Of a DNA stretch of 64,000 nucleotides, positions 1 through 14,729 are shown piece after piece (position 1 is the stretch's first letter; every line of letters begins with the position of its first letter). The DNA is from the human T2T-CHM13v2.0 reference genome, Homo sapiens. The stretch lies in NCBI RefSeq assembly GCF_009914755.1, contig NC_060928.1, one strand, 5' to 3'. Under the pieces are notes generated by a model. It was not told the origin of the DNA, did no database searches, and was given only the letters and a program-made list of their open reading frames with translations. The translations under genes were made by a program, and so were the position numbers.

Positions 1-1400
1 TGCTTGGCCAGGATAAGACACACTTTGTGATGATCTATTATCCATATTATGTATCACTCTTTTCTACTTACAAAAATTGTCTTGAGAGGTGTCGTGCCCA
101 TGTTCAAGACGGATAATATAAGGTCTTATAGTTGGCTTTTCCTTAAATGTCCTTCTCTGGTTTTAGTAGCAGGATAATTATGATCTCACAAAGTGAGTTG
201 GGAAGTATCCCCCTCTACTTCTACTATCAGAAAGAGTTTGTGTAGAATTTATAATATTTTTTCCTTAAGTATTTTTTTCTTTTTTAGAATTCAACAATTT
301 AGTCGCTTGTGGATAGAGTTTTCTTTTTTGGAAGTTATTTAACTACAGATCAATTTCTTTAATATACATAGACTATTTGAGTTATGTATTCCTTCCTCAT
401 GAGCTTTAGTACTTTGTAGCTTTCAAGGAATTTGTCCATTTCATCTAAGTTATAAAACATAAGGCATAAAATAGTTCCTAATATTTATTTTTCATTCTTT
501 AAGTGACCTCAAGGTGTGTAGAATTGTCCCATATTTTATTCCTGATATTGATAGTTTCTATCTTTTCTCTTTTTGTTTCTTGGTTGATCTGACTCATTGA
601 TTAATTATATTGATCTTTTCAAACAAAGCATTTTGGGTTTCACTGATATTTTTCTATATTTTTTCAATTTCATTAATTTCTTCTCTCATATTTACTATTT
701 CTTTTTTTCTATTTGTTTTGGGTTCAATTTACTTCCTCTTACCAGTTTTAAGGTGGAATCTAATCAATAATATCTGAATTTCCTTATAGAAGTTTTGACA
801 CTACAAATTTCCCTCTAAGCACTGTTTTATCAGCACCTCATACATTGTGAAACATTTTGTTTTATTTTTATTCAACACATAATATTTCCTCATGTCTTTT
901 TGACTTCCTCTTTCACCCACGTGTTATTCATAAAAGAGTGGCTTAATTTTTAAATATTTTCAGATATTCCACCTGTATGTCAACCACTGACTTCTAGCTT
1001 AATTCTATTATGTCCAGAGAACATAGTTTATTTTAATTTTAGAAAAAATTATTATGGTTTGTTTTATGCCAGAATATGGTCTACCTTGGTGAATAATCCA
1101 TACACACTTTAAAAGAATGTATATTATTCTGCTCTTGTGTTGAGTGTTCTATAAACGCATTTTCTATAAATGCTCAATCTGTGGGTAGTTTTTTTCAGAT
1201 TGTCAATACCCTAACTAACTTTCTACTTGTTCTGTCAATTGATACAGAAAACTTGAAGTTCTCTACTACAATTATGAATGTGACTATTTTGTTTTATTTC
1301 TAATAGGCTTTGCTTTATATATTTTGAAGGTCTTTTATCAGGTGCACACACATTTAGGATTATTATGCCTTCCTAGTGGCTTTTCCCTTTTACATGCCCT
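1..1400 (-). mobile_element. Old LINE-1 (L1M-type) ORF2 fragment
   Basis: T-rich antisense L1 ORF2 motifs, e.g. 'ctttcaaggaatttgtccatttcatctaagtt', 'aatttccctctaagcactg', 'gaatatggtctaccttggtgaat'; runs off the window start. Confidence 0.85.
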
Positions 1401-1944
1401 GCTTGCTTCATGGGACTATGTGATTAATCAAACTGCCTGAAGCTTTGCATTTAAATGATCTAGTTTCTTGTCAAGTATATTATTATTTGATTAGAAATAA
1501 ATCCAAATACCTTTTTTAAAATGCAAGAATATTTAAAAATTAGTAATCAGAACCTTGGATAATTTTATATCACCAGAGTTTGGGGAAATATTCTGAAATA
1601 AAAATTTTAAAAGTTAGCATCATCAAAATTAAAGGTAAGAGTGTAGAAAAAATATTCAAACATCGCAATGATTATGATTATGTACAGCTCTTTCTTGCCA
1701 ATTTTCTGTCCTTTACATTAAATCCTTCATCACTTAAATTCACATAAATGCATAAAATTGATAAAACTTGTTTCTTCCTATCTTGCTATGTTTTTTACTT
1801 TACTATTACAGACGTTTAAAAACTAAAATGGTCTACAGTTTCCATCACGCTACACTAAGAAGACTATCCCACAAGGAAAAAAAATTATGTACTCGACACA
1901 ATTTTAGATGAAAAATGACCAAATCATCAAGAAAAGCTTGAAAA

Positions 1945-4900
1945 TATAATTTACATACTATAAAATTCAACTTCTTAACGTGAAAAATTCAGTGCTTTTT
2001 TTTGTGTATTCATGAACATGTGGAACCATCACAAGTATCTAGTGCCAGAATATTCCATCTCAAAGAGAAACCCACACCAGTTAATAGTCACTCACCATTT
2101 GCTCCTCTCCTGGCTCTGGAAAGCACTAACTTTCCTGTGTCTTTCAGTCTCTGGATCTGCCTCTTCTTGATATTCCATGTGAGTATTATGATTATACAAT
2201 ACATGGCCTTTTGTCTTGGGCTTCATAGATTAGTTGTCAAGTTTCATTCATGTTGTCGTATGAATCAATGCCTCATTTTTTATGACTGAATACTATATTT
2301 GTATGAATATACTACATTTTGTAGGAATATACCATATTTTACTTATCCATTCACCTGCTGAACGTTTCAGTTGCTTCTGTTTTTTAGCTATTATGAATAA
2401 GGCTGCTGAAACATGCATGCAAAAGTTTTTGTGTCAACACATTGTCTGAGTCCAATTTGTGTTGCTATAAAGGAGTATGTGAAGCTGGGTTATTTACGAA
2501 GGAAAGATGATTTTATTTTTTTTAAGCTCAAGCTCTGCAGGCTCTACAGAAAGCACGGCACCAGCATGTGCTCAACTTCTGGTGAGGGCTTTGCAGAAGC
2601 TGCAATGCATGATGGAGAAAGTCAAAGGGGAAGTGGGCATGGGTGAAGGGGGAGCAAACCCAGGGGCATCCTGGCTTTATAAGAAGCCACCATCATAGAA
2701 ACAAAGTCATTTGCCGGAGAACCAATACAGCCTTGTGGGAGCAAGAACTCACCACCACTAAAGGCACCAAGCTAGTCATGAGAGATCTCCTCCCGTGACC
2801 CTAACACCTCCCACCAGGTCCCCCTCCCAACAGGTGACATTGGGAATTGAGATTTGGGGGGAACAAGCAAACCATATCCAACCATTGCCCAAATGTTTTG
2901 AATTCTTTTGGATATATACTGAGGCATGGAGCTTCTGGGCCATCTGAGAACTCTTAAGTTTAATCATGTGAGGAGCTGCATCACTTTGCATTGTACCAGG
3001 AATGTAAAAGTGTTCCAATTCCTCTACAACTTCTCCAACATGTCAAAGTATCTTTTCATTACAGCTGTCCCAGTGGGAGTCAAATGTATCTCAATGTGGC
3101 TTTGATGTACATTTCCCTCTGGTTAATGATGTTGGGTGTCTCTTCATCTGTTGTTGGCAACTTTAATATTTTCTTTAAAGAAATGGCTACTCAAATCCTT
3201 TCCATTTTTGAGTTGTATTCTGTCTTTTTATTAAGTTGTAAGTGTTCTTTTTATACATTCTGGACACCAGACCCTTATCAGATAAATGATTTGCAAATAT
3301 TTTCTCCCACTGTCTCAGTTGTCTTTTCACTTATTTGATAGTGTTCTTTGAAACCCAAAAGTTTTAGTTTGATGAAGTTCAATTTATCTACTTTTTTTCA
3401 TTTTCTTGTGTTTTTATTATCTAAGAAAACAATACCTAACCCAAGATAATGAAGACTTACACCTATGTGTTATTTTAAGAATTGTGTGGTTTTAGCACTT
3501 ACATTCACGTCTTCAATCCGTTTCAAGTTGATTTTTCTATATGATGTGAAGTAGGGATCTAGCTGCATTTTTTTTTTTTTTTTTTTTGCAAGTGGAAACT
3601 CAGTCATTACAGCACCTCCTATAGAGAAGACTATTCTTTCTGCACTAGAATTTCTTGACATTTGTTGGAAATCAATTGACCATTAATGTGTGGGTTTATT
3701 CCTGGACCCCCGATTCTATTCCATTGAGCTATGTCTATCTCCATACTAGTACCACACAGTCTTGATTATTATAGCTTTGTGTTAAATTTTAAAATCGGGA
3801 AGTATAAGTGCTCCAACATGTTTCTTCCTCAAGATTGCATTGGCTCTTCTGGGCCTCTTGCATTTACATAAATTTTAGGACTAGGTGTCATGTCTGAAAA
3901 AAAAAACCAGCTAGAGTTTTTGTAGAAATTGTTTGAATCTATAGATACACTTGGGTAGAATTTCCATATTAACAATGCTAAGTTTTCTAATTCTTAAACA
4001 CAGATATATTTTCTTCTATCTAGGTCATCTTTAAGTTCTTTAAAATATGTTTTGTAGTGTTCAATGTGCAAGCCTTGAACTTCTCTTATTAAATTATCCT
4101 TATGTATCTTATTTTTTAATGCTATTGAAATTTGAACTGCTTTTCTAATTTTACTTTTGGATTGTTCATTGATACGGTATAGAATATAATTAGCTTTTAT
4201 ATATTAATCATTTATTCTATAACCTTACATTTGTTTATTAGCTCTAATAATGTTTTGAGAGTGACCTTAGAACTTTCTATATGTAAGATAATGTCATCTG
4301 CAAATAGACATAGATTTTTATATTCGTTTTCATCTGAGTGTTTTTTTTTCTTTTTCTTGCCAAGTTTCCTTCCTAAATCGACAGCACAACACTAAACAGG
4401 AATGGTCAGAGTGGCCACCCTTCTTTGTTCCTAATATTAGGAAGAAGGCACTCCTATTTTACCATTAAGTATCATGTTAGTTAGGAATTTTTTATAGTAT
4501 TTTTATTAATTTAAGGAATTTCTTCCTATCCCTAGTTTAAGTTTTTTTCTAATGCAAATATATTGGATCTTGTCAAATGCTTTCTCTGCATCTATTGAAA
4601 TGATCTTTTTTCTTTGTGTTATTCATGTTGTATATTATAATAATTGAATTTCATATTTTGAACCATTCTTGCATTCTAGGGATAAATTCCATTTGGTCAT
4701 GTCACAGAAATCTTTTTATACGTTGCCTTATTGGTTGCTAGAATTCTACTGAGGGTTTTTCAATACTCACAAGTGGCATTGATATGTGGTTTTCTTGTGG
4801 TATCTTTATCTGGCTTTGTTATCAGGATAATACTAACCTCATGGAATAAGTTACAATGTGTTCTTTCCCTTTCTATTCTTTAGAAGAGTTTATAAAGAAT

Positions 4901-5810
4901 TGGTACTCATGTTTCTTTAAACTGGGAGAATTCACCACCTGTCTGGTGGAGGCCTTTTCTTCATGAGAAGTTTTTGATAATTAACTCAATCTCTTTACTT
5001 GTTATAGGTCTATGCAGGTTTTCCATGAAAACTATCAGTTTTGAAAGTTTGTGGGGCTTTTAAAAAATTTGGCCATTTTGTCCATGTTTTCTAATTCATT
5101 AGCATACAATTACCAATGATAATCATTTATAAACCTTTTTATTTTTGAAAAGATAGCAACAACCCCTTCTCTCTTTTCTGATTTAATAATGTGATAATAA
5201 TGTGAGCCTTCTCTCCCCACTCTCTTCAGTCTAACTAAATACCTGTTAATTCTGTTCATCTTTTCAAAGAACCAGGTTTGATTTTGTTAATTTTTAAAAT
5301 TATTTTTCTATTCTCTATTTATTTCTTCTTACATCTTTACTATTTCCTTCCTTCTACTTGCTTTGGGGTTAGTTCTTTCTTATTTTATATTCTCTGCAAA
5401 CGGAATATTTGATTATTGATTTTCGGTCTTTCTTCTTTTTTAATACAGATGTTTAGAGTTTTAAATTCCCTTCTAAGCACTGATGTAGCAGCATTCTGTA
5501 AGTTTTGTTATAACATGTTTTTGTTTCATTCACCTCAAAATATTTTATAATTTCTGTTGTGAATTCTTTTGACTCACTTGTTATTTAAAAGTGTGCTGTT
5601 TAATTTCCACGTATTTGTAAGTATTCCAAACTCCTTCTGTTACTGATTCACGGTGTCTTTCAAGTCTTCCATTTTCGTGTTGTTTTTCTCCTTTGTTGCT
5701 CCATTCATTATTAAAAGTGGGATATTGAAGACTTCAAATATTTACTTTTGTTAAGTTCTATATTTGTTTCTTTAATTCTGTCAGGATTGCTTCCTGCATT
5801 TTGAAGCTCT
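1945..5810 (-). mobile_element. LINE-1 (L1MA/L1MB-type) 3' end plus ORF2, interrupted by an MST LTR
   Basis: L1M 3'UTR start 'tataatttacatactataaaattcaac...' then antisense ORF2 motifs 'tttagtttgatgaagttcaatttatct', 'aaatcaattgaccattaatgtgtgggtttatt', 'tctgcatctattgaaatgatc'. Confidence 0.85.
2443..2885 (-). mobile_element. MaLR solo LTR (MSTB-like) nested in L1
   Basis: 'tgtctgagtccaatttgtgttgctataaagga...ctctgcaggctctacagaaagcacggcaccagca...caaaccatatc'. Confidence 0.8.
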
Positions 5811-5815
5811 GGTCT

Positions 5816-6507
5816 TGTAACTGCCCAAGGGGCTCTTCCTGCCTGCTGCATAAAGAATGACCACAGGATTGTAGTAAAGAAAGAGAGTGACAGACACAAG
5901 GCCAGCCCCGCCACTTGGGAGATGGGGTTTGTACTCAAATCATCTCTTTCAAAGCTCACAGATTTTTTCAAAGGCAGTTTAGGGGAAGGGGCGGGAAAGG
6001 CCAGGTAATAGGTGCCGACTGCTGCTTGGTTGGGACAGAGATGAAATCACAGGGGGTGGAAACTGTCCTGTGGGCTGAATCATGGCTGGGGGGGGCAGCA
6101 GGAGTGAGGTTGGCCGGTCGAGATAGAACGATGGGTGTGATGCATGCAAAAAACCTGAAAAGATGTCTCTAAACTCCAGTCTTTGGTTCTCCAATAGTGA
6201 TGTTATTTGCAGGAGTAACTGGGGAATTTGCATAACTTATAACCTGTGGAATAATGGCTGGCAATCATCTCTCTGTGCCTTAGCAGGCCTCAGGCTCCTC
6301 TCCTCCACCTAGTGCCTCTTATTAGCTTAAAAAAGCAGTTGAGTTTCCCACCAAGGCCTATTATCATGTTTAAATGACTTCCAATGGCATCCTGGCCCAA
6401 TAGCCCTGGAATAATTAAGGGAAAGGCAAGGTGGGGGGTGGATTAGTGCAGACCTCTTTCACTGTCATAATTTTCTCACTGTTGTAATTTTTGCAAAGGT
6501 GGTTTCA
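5816..6507 (-). mobile_element. ERV1 solo LTR, LTR8/MER4-group
   Basis: TG...CA termini; reverse complement starts 'tgaaaccacctttgcaaaaattacaacagtgagaaaattatgacagtgaaagag', like the LTR8 5' end; near-TSD gtct/gtgt. Confidence 0.8.
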
Positions 6508-6917
6508 GTGTAAGGTATTTTTTGGCAGACATCTTCCTGTTCAGTGGATCAAGAGTAAAACAAATGTTTATTGTTAGACTCTGGCCAGAAAAGTGATCAT
6601 ACCAGAAAATACTCTCTTTTTGTAAACATGTTATTCAAGGACTGAAAACACCTGTAGCACTATTTCTAGAAATGATGCTATGAACAAGTAAAACACTAGC
6701 TGGAGAGAATAATGTAGTCACAGATGTAAGACCATAAGGAAAAAAAACAAAACTGAATACACATTAAAGCAGTCACTCAGGCATATATAAAGATTCCCTG
6801 TGGTTTAGGGCCAGTGATTACAGTTTGTGGTGATTTTGTTTATAATACAAATTCCAAAGGAACTAAAAATGTTTCAGCTGGAATCCCTGGGTACATTATA
6901 TTTGTTAAATTTTAGAA

Positions 6918-6942
6918 TCTATCATCTATCTATTTCTCTATC

Positions 6943-6987
<45 letters not shown>
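6918..6987. repeat. Compound tetranucleotide STR TCTA TCA (TCTA)2 TTTC TCTA TCA (TCTA)11
   Basis: Read directly; pure (TCTA)11 at 6944-6987. Confidence 0.95.
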
Positions 6988-8359
6988 CTTCTAGTGAGTG
7001 GGAGGTAAAGAATAAAGAATGTCTGGCTAATGGAAAATTCTCGTATAATATCTATTCATATCACAAGTGTAAGAAGATTTTGATAGAAAAACAAACACAT
7101 TTGATCATTCAGTGTGAACTCCCTTTGCTCAGTTGGAATTTGTTTTCAACATATCTGGGTTTTCTCATCAGCCTCTAGTTAAAACAGTGAAATTTTGTAT
7201 AGGAAAGATGGTAAATCAGGGATAAGACCCTGAGTGTCGTAACACTGTGAAATCTCACAATTTCAAAAGTTTTATTCATTTACTAAACTTGTATGATCAT
7301 CTATAACCCTGCATTATGGAATAGTTGTGAATTGTGAGATTATTTAATAATAAAGAAGTGTCTTCTCATTTCAGCCTCCAAGCATTGTGGAGAGCTGCTA
7401 ATACCAAATAAAATAAATTTTCTAGCCACATCATAAAACTGATTGTAGCAGTTGCAGCCATCTCCACTTGACCAGCTGGCTTTTTTAACATTAAAAAGAA
7501 CTCTGCAGTAACTTCAGAATCCAACCTTGGGAGCTAATTTTAACTTACCTAATAGTGTGAATAGTTTTATAAAGCATTCATTATGGAGTTATTATTCTTT
7601 GGAATGTATTTGAATTTGGTCTACAGTGAAAGAAGTTTGGCACTTAGTCTGAGGAATTATCTGTTTTACCGTTAAAGATTACATTTCTCCATTTTTCTTA
7701 AAAGTTGCAATGTTATCTTTGGCACTACCTGAATGAATTTTTGTTGGAAAAGATGCTAACTTCAGTTTTTAAATGTGGGTAATTTTTTTTCCAGCAAAAT
7801 ATGAACAAAAACCTAAGAAAGTGACATGGAGCTAAAGCAGTGGCCAAAATTGCCTGAGCGAATAAAATGTCTTTAATTAATTGGCCTTAGTGTGTAAGAA
7901 ACAAAATAATGTTTCCTGTTTTATACATGCCCATTTTTAGTAGTTTATTAATGTCAAACTTAAAAAATAGCAGTAATTGAATATGATTTCTATGGGAAAA
8001 AACTTGTGTAAAGCAGGAGTAATAAATGTAAGTGTTTTTATTTTACTTATACCTAAAAGAAGAATTTCTCACTTAACTAGGTTGAGATAATATGTATTTG
8101 CATTGATTTGTCTCTGCTATATTTTTATATGGGGCATGTTCAGTTGTATTTTGGTAGATATTTTGAAATAAAATTTTCAGCCGTGTTGCAATAAAAATAA
8201 ATCTAGAAAATTGACCGATATATTTCCCAGGCAAAAATATCCTTAACTAATCCTAGCTTTGCAGCTCAGCTCATTACTGCATGTCCTCTGAATTGATTTT
8301 ACTATCCAGAGTTTCAGAGACCTGTTTTCAGTATACTGTTTACTGTTATTCCTATGCAG

Positions 8360-9622
8360 ATTTGCAATATCGGAAAGTTACCTGCAGATTTACTGTTGTT
8401 TATCTGGAATCCTTTTAAGAGAAAGGCACTGCAATTGATCTTAATAGAAACATGTTCACAGAAAATTTAGCATGAAGAGTACAACCAAGACTCCTTAGAT
8501 TGCTTTAATATTGAAAGAAGAAACACAAAGAAATATGCTTGTGTATCAATAACTACCTTTTGTAATACAATAAAAAGTTAATTACCAGAAGGCAATTTTA
8601 CCAAAATAATGTACTGCCTTGCTAAAGCTGCCTTTTTTGTTTTCCAAAGAAAAACAGTACAAAACAGATACGTACTGACAAGTTAGAAACAAGTTGGAGG
8701 ATTAAAGATTCAACAGAACTGTGTCAAGAATGCTGCAGATTATGATACAAACCATTGTGAGATTTCTTTTTCTGAAAATATGTGTGAGGATTCCCATGTG
8801 AGTTCTGCTCAGACAATGCAAAATACTGCTTCATCGCAATTAGATAAGAAATCCTTTTGTTTAGTTACAAGTAGAATGAGACATAAAATATCATAAAAAT
8901 GGAAGATCTTTTCTGTTATGCTACTGCAGAGTTCCTAAGCTTGTAAAATCTGAAATAGCTTATAGTTTTTTAAACTTTTTTTTCAATACTTAATAATAGT
9001 TAAGTGAGCATGGTTTCCAAACCAAGCATCAGGACGTATGTTCCAACATCTCTTATTCTCCTCTCCTAGAACTAGAACATTCTATTTGGAACTTTGTTCT
9101 GCTGATGAATGTAGAACATGAACAACATGAGTAAAATAATAGAAAAAAAGGCTGATAGATCAACCAGGTGAAAGCAAAGATCCATTTAGTCAAAAAGATT
9201 CTAATTTAACATCTTCTCTCTTTTTTAGCACTATGCTACAATTTAGAAATATAAACAAGACCCCATGCTCTTTGCTCAAAGGAGCTAATTTTGACAGGAC
9301 AGGGGATCTTGAAATATCGGAAATATTAAAATACTGAAAGTGTCTGATATGAGACATTGGTGGCAGCTCACTGGTTTGCAGTTTGAGTTCAGGCAACCAA
9401 ATCAAAACAAAACAAAACTCTAACAACCCTCAGAATTAAAAAACGTAATTCAGAGCTGCTACATGTTTAAAGCAGGCATGAGCTGTGGAAATGCCCAATG
9501 GAAGGAAGGGAAAGCTCCTTAGAAGTGGTCATTTTTGTGGCTTTGAGTGAATTAACGCGGTCAAAGAACTCAAAAGGAGCTCTTTAGAGAACAGTCAGCA
9601 CTGCAAAGGATCCTTTAAATAG
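8360..9622 (+). pseudogene. Candidate large decayed coding exon of an unprocessed pseudogene
   Basis: Acceptor 'ttattcctatgcag|A'; frame from 8360 runs 178 codons with only 3 stops (8468, 8579, 8684) in AT-rich DNA; same frame open 9143-9334 (64 codons); ends AG|GCAAGT (GC-type or decayed donor). Confidence 0.45.
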
Positions 9623-9849
9623 GCAAGTAAAATTTAAAACATAAAATTCAGAATAATCAATAATGATATCTTGCATGTATTTTCATATTTGCAGTGTAAC
9701 CAGTTTACCATTTTTGCTAGTCATAATAATTAAAATTTTAGTTTTAACTACTAGGGAATGGTGAGTGGTAAGGGCGGAAAGTAGGGAATCCACTTCTGCT
9801 TCTTAGAAAAAATTTTCACTAAAGTTGAAGACTATTTTTTTTAATGGGT

Positions 9850-12800
9850 TCTCCTTTTTTAAGAGTAGCATAAAGAAGTCAGGCAATTCCAATCCATAGA
9901 GTGTAAATATGAAAACAGGACAAAAATAGTAGAAAGAATCATTTGAGGGCATTGGAAAATGACCAAAGGCCAGCAACAATGAGAGAAATGTTTGCTATGA
10001 AAATCTGCTTTACCACATCAAGTAAAAAGGTCAGCTTTGGGGGTTTTGCCTAGGGATATTCCCGACTTGCCCCAATGTAGGCAGTATAAGCCAGTGACTT
10101 TACCAGTTAGAGGTGGTAGACGAGGTTTGGGGTAACCAATAAAGCAGCTAAACATTTAAGGATGATATTTTTGAAATAAGAAAGGCTCAGTCACATAGAG
10201 AAGCCCCATAAAAGGGATGAGACACTAAACAGATCATCGCACAACTACTAAACGATGCATGTGTGTGGAGATGATAGAAAGCACAGTAAAACTGAATCCT
10301 TGGAAAGAACTGTGAATTCGCTGATTTTTGACTGTGTTCTTTAATCTGAACCACGCCTGAGTGACAGAGAGTGGGAATCTTTCTGGCTTGGGGTGTTTCA
10401 GCATAGCCTCTGCATAAATAACTGCATAATCACTAAGCAGTAGAGCTAAAAACCCCAGAAAGCTAGCCATGAACAAATACACAAATAGGTACTCCCAATG
10501 GGAAAATGGAAATATTGAAAAAGAAGTAGACGTTCTAGAGATTTAAAAAGGACAATGTATGGAATTAAAAAAAATAACTAGAGGCTATAACAGCAGATTT
10601 GAGATGGCTAGAGAAAGAATAAAGGAACCCAGATTTAGATGAATAGAAATAATCTAATACGATGAAATTGTTTTTAAGATGAAGGAAAACAAGAGCTTCA
10701 GTAATCTGAGGGCTAACTTCAATAAAGCAATAATTAAAATTCCCAAAAGACAGTAGAGATAGGGAGCAGAAAACCAAATTTAAGTTATGGCCAAAAACTT
10801 CTTGACTTTTACAAAAGTTTCAATTTGTAGGTCAAAGAAGTTCACCAAACCCCAAATAAGATAAATGCAAAGAAAATTATGACTAGACACACAGACACAC
10901 TCTTGTAAACCATAGATAATGAAGAAAAAAATTAAATAATATATAACATATAAAGGAAAGAACAATAAATAATGGTTAATTTCAGAAAAAACAGTGGACA
11001 GAAAACATTAGAATGATATAAAATCAACCAAGAATTCCATATTCAAGAATACTACCTAGCAGAAATGAACATGAAATAAGACATTTCCAGCTTATCAGAA
11101 ACTTAGGAGAATTAGTTGTTAACAGGCATGCCCTACATACAAGAAATGATCCAGTTAAGTCCTTCAGGTCTGAGGAAGAGTGTACCAGATGAGACCTTCC
11201 ATGAACAAAAATAGAAGCACTGAAAGAGGTAAGTATCTGGGCAAACACAAAATATTATACACACACACACACACACACACATATTCATACATAAATGTTT
11301 GTATATACATTCTTTTTATCTCTTAATTTTTAAACAGCATATGATTGTATAAAGCAAATGTTACAACAGTGTTTCTTTTTCAGTTTATTTTATGTGTTTG
11401 TATACAACATTTGAATATAATAAAAAGGCAGATTGAATGAAGCAAATTTTCTATATTCTGTAAGAAATAAGTCAACATTAAATTAAAGTCGATTTTGATA
11501 AGTTAAAATAATATTGTCATCACTAGAGCAACTCTGAAAAAAATTCAAAGATATATAGCTAACTACTCAGTAGCGGGGTTAAAAAGATACACTACAAGTG
11601 TCTGTTCAATACTGAAAAGGGCAGTAAAGGAGGAAGAAAAAAAAGAAATAAGACTAATAGAAAACAAATAACAAAATATCAGTCTCACTACCCTACTAAC
11701 CATCATTTTAAATGTAAACGGACTAAATATTCCAGACAAACTTCAAACATTATTAGATTTTTTTAAGCAATGAAAATAGACTTAAGAGTAAGAAATATTT
11801 ACAGTGACAAAGAGATATTTTGTAATGGTAAAAGAGTCTCAGGGAAGGAAGATGCAACATTTATAAATTTTCTTCCACCAAAAAACAGATATCCAAAATA
11901 ATTACAACAAAATATGACATAATTAAAATAAGGGAAAAAATTAAAAATGTTAATACTTTAGGAATCGATAAAAGTAGTACAAAAATATTATAAGAATACA
12001 GAAGACTTGAACAAGAATATAAATTTCTTTAACCTAATTGATACTTAGAAAATATTCCCTGCAATAAGACAAGATTTTGCCTATTCTTCCAAGCACACAT
12101 ACAATATTGACATAAGATAGACAATATGGTGGGCTGTAAAACACATCTCAAAATTTAAAAGGATTAATATAATAAAGAATATATCCACTAACAACAGAGA
12201 AAAAGAGTAGATATTAATAACAAATAAACTGGTGGAATTGCCCAGCAACTGAAAACTAAACAACATACTTTTATCCACTGGTCAAAGGAGAAATCTCAAG
12301 GAAATTAAAATGCATTTAACCGAAGGAAAATAAAAACATGAGGAAAATTGTCCTATAGATAAAGCAGCACTTAGAGGTAAATTTACAGCTTTTTATAAAT
12401 TTCATAGAAATTCACTTCATTGTTGCTGCTTATAGAAATAATAGAAACCTCTATACAAAGTTTTCCAGAAAATAAATAGTAATACTTTCCAATTTATTTT
12501 TTGAGTCCAATATTACCATAATACCAAAGCCAAACAAATAAATTTTTAAAAACCATGTAGATCCATATATGCAAGACCTCTTAATCAAATGTAAACAAAA
12601 TAAATCCAACAATACATATCAACTTTAATGTATTCTGAATAACTCAGCATTATCTCTGCAGTATAAAATTGGTTTAATATCTAAATCTATCAAAGCAATT
12701 CGCCATATTAACTAAATAAAGGAGATTATATGATCATTTCCATTGATACAGAGAAAAGACACGGGAGATATTCAGCCTCATTAAAAATATGTTCTCAGCA

Positions 12801-13180
12801 GTCTAGAGAAAGAACTCTATAAAAGTAATCTACAAAATTCCTATGGACACCTTCAGAGTTAATAGTCGAATACTGAATGCTTGATACAATATCAGAAACA
12901 AGGCAAGGATTTTCACTCTCACCACTTTTGTTTAATATTTCACTGGGTGTTCTGGTCAGGACAATAAGGCAAGAAAAAGAAACAAAACTCATAATAGAGT
13001 GGGGAGAGAAAAAGTAAAGTGTCATCAATGACATACAATCTTGTTTGTAGAATATTAAGAAATCTAAAAACAAGCTAGCAGAACTAACAAGTCAAATTAG
13101 CAAGCCACAAAAATCAGTAAAGAAATTTAATAATGTTTACTTATACTAGAAACAAATAATCTGCAAATAAAATTTTAAAA
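9850..13180 (+). mobile_element. Old LINE-1 (L1M-type) 5' region/ORF1/ORF2 fragments
   Basis: A-rich sense L1 motifs: 'atcaaccaagaattccatattc', 'aaatgtaaacggactaaat', 'gaagacttgaacaa', 'aggcaaggattttcactctcaccacttttgtttaat'; left boundary approximate. Confidence 0.8.
11259..11281. repeat. (AC)n microsatellite
   Basis: Read directly. Confidence 0.9.
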
Positions 13181-13186
13181 ATACAT

Positions 13187-13882
<696 letters not shown>

Positions 13883-14355
13883 AAAATACATTCTTCATTG
13901 CACCACACTGGCTTCAGAAAGCTTTGCTGTTGGAAATTCAGAACTTTCTTTTGTTTCAGTTAACCTACTTCTTACGGCCGCATCCCAGACCACGTCATCA
14001 TTCAAAAGTATTCTGTCTCTCAAAGTGTAAATCCTGAGATTCTCCTCCTATGTGTTTCTCTTTCCCTATCCCAGCATTCCACGCCTAAATGAGACCCAAT
14101 ACCTTTTCTTATGAATTCACCACCTAGAATGGAACATGGGTATTACCCATGAGCTAAGTCAATACCCCACCATCACCAAAACACTGGTGCTGTGACCAGA
14201 ATTACCAGCCTTCCAAGGATGGCTGAGGGGAGGTGAGGAAAGGCTTTGCCCCAGAAACTATGTTGAACCTGGGCACTGGAGGATGTACAGGATGTTCTCA
14301 AGTTAAAAAGGGATGTATCACTTTTTTGAAGAGAAGAGCATGGGCAAAGGCGCAG

Positions 14356-14726
14356 TGCATTAGTCTGCCAGTGTCGACATAATAAAAAAAAACCAACAGG
14401 TGGGTTAAGCAGCAGAAATGTATTTCTCACCGTTCTGAAGGCTGGAATCCAAAATCAAGGTGCTGGCAGGGCTGGTGTCTCCTGAGGCCTCTCTTCTCAG
14501 CTTGTAGACAGGTGCCTTCTTTCTCTGTCCCCAGGTGGCCTTTCCTTTCTGTGTGAGCATTGCTAGGGTCTCTGCCTCTTCTCGTAAGAAAGCTAGTTCT
14601 GTGAGACAAGAGCCCCATACTTACGATCTCATTTAACCTTATTTACCTTATTAAAAGACCCCATCTCCAAATAAACGTTAAGGTTTCAACATATAAATTG
14701 TGAGGGAACAATTCGGCACATAACAC
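14356..14726 (-). mobile_element. MaLR LTR (MLT1A/B-like)
   Basis: 'cagaaatgtatttctcaccgttctgaaggctggaatccaaaatcaaggtg...tcatttaacctt...ccatctccaaata...cataaca'. Confidence 0.8.
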
Positions 14727-14729
14727 ACA

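Noticed and set aside
1-5810. Similarity between 150-1000 and 4800-5650 as a local duplication
   Set aside because: Both are the same ORF2 region of separate, highly diverged L1 copies.
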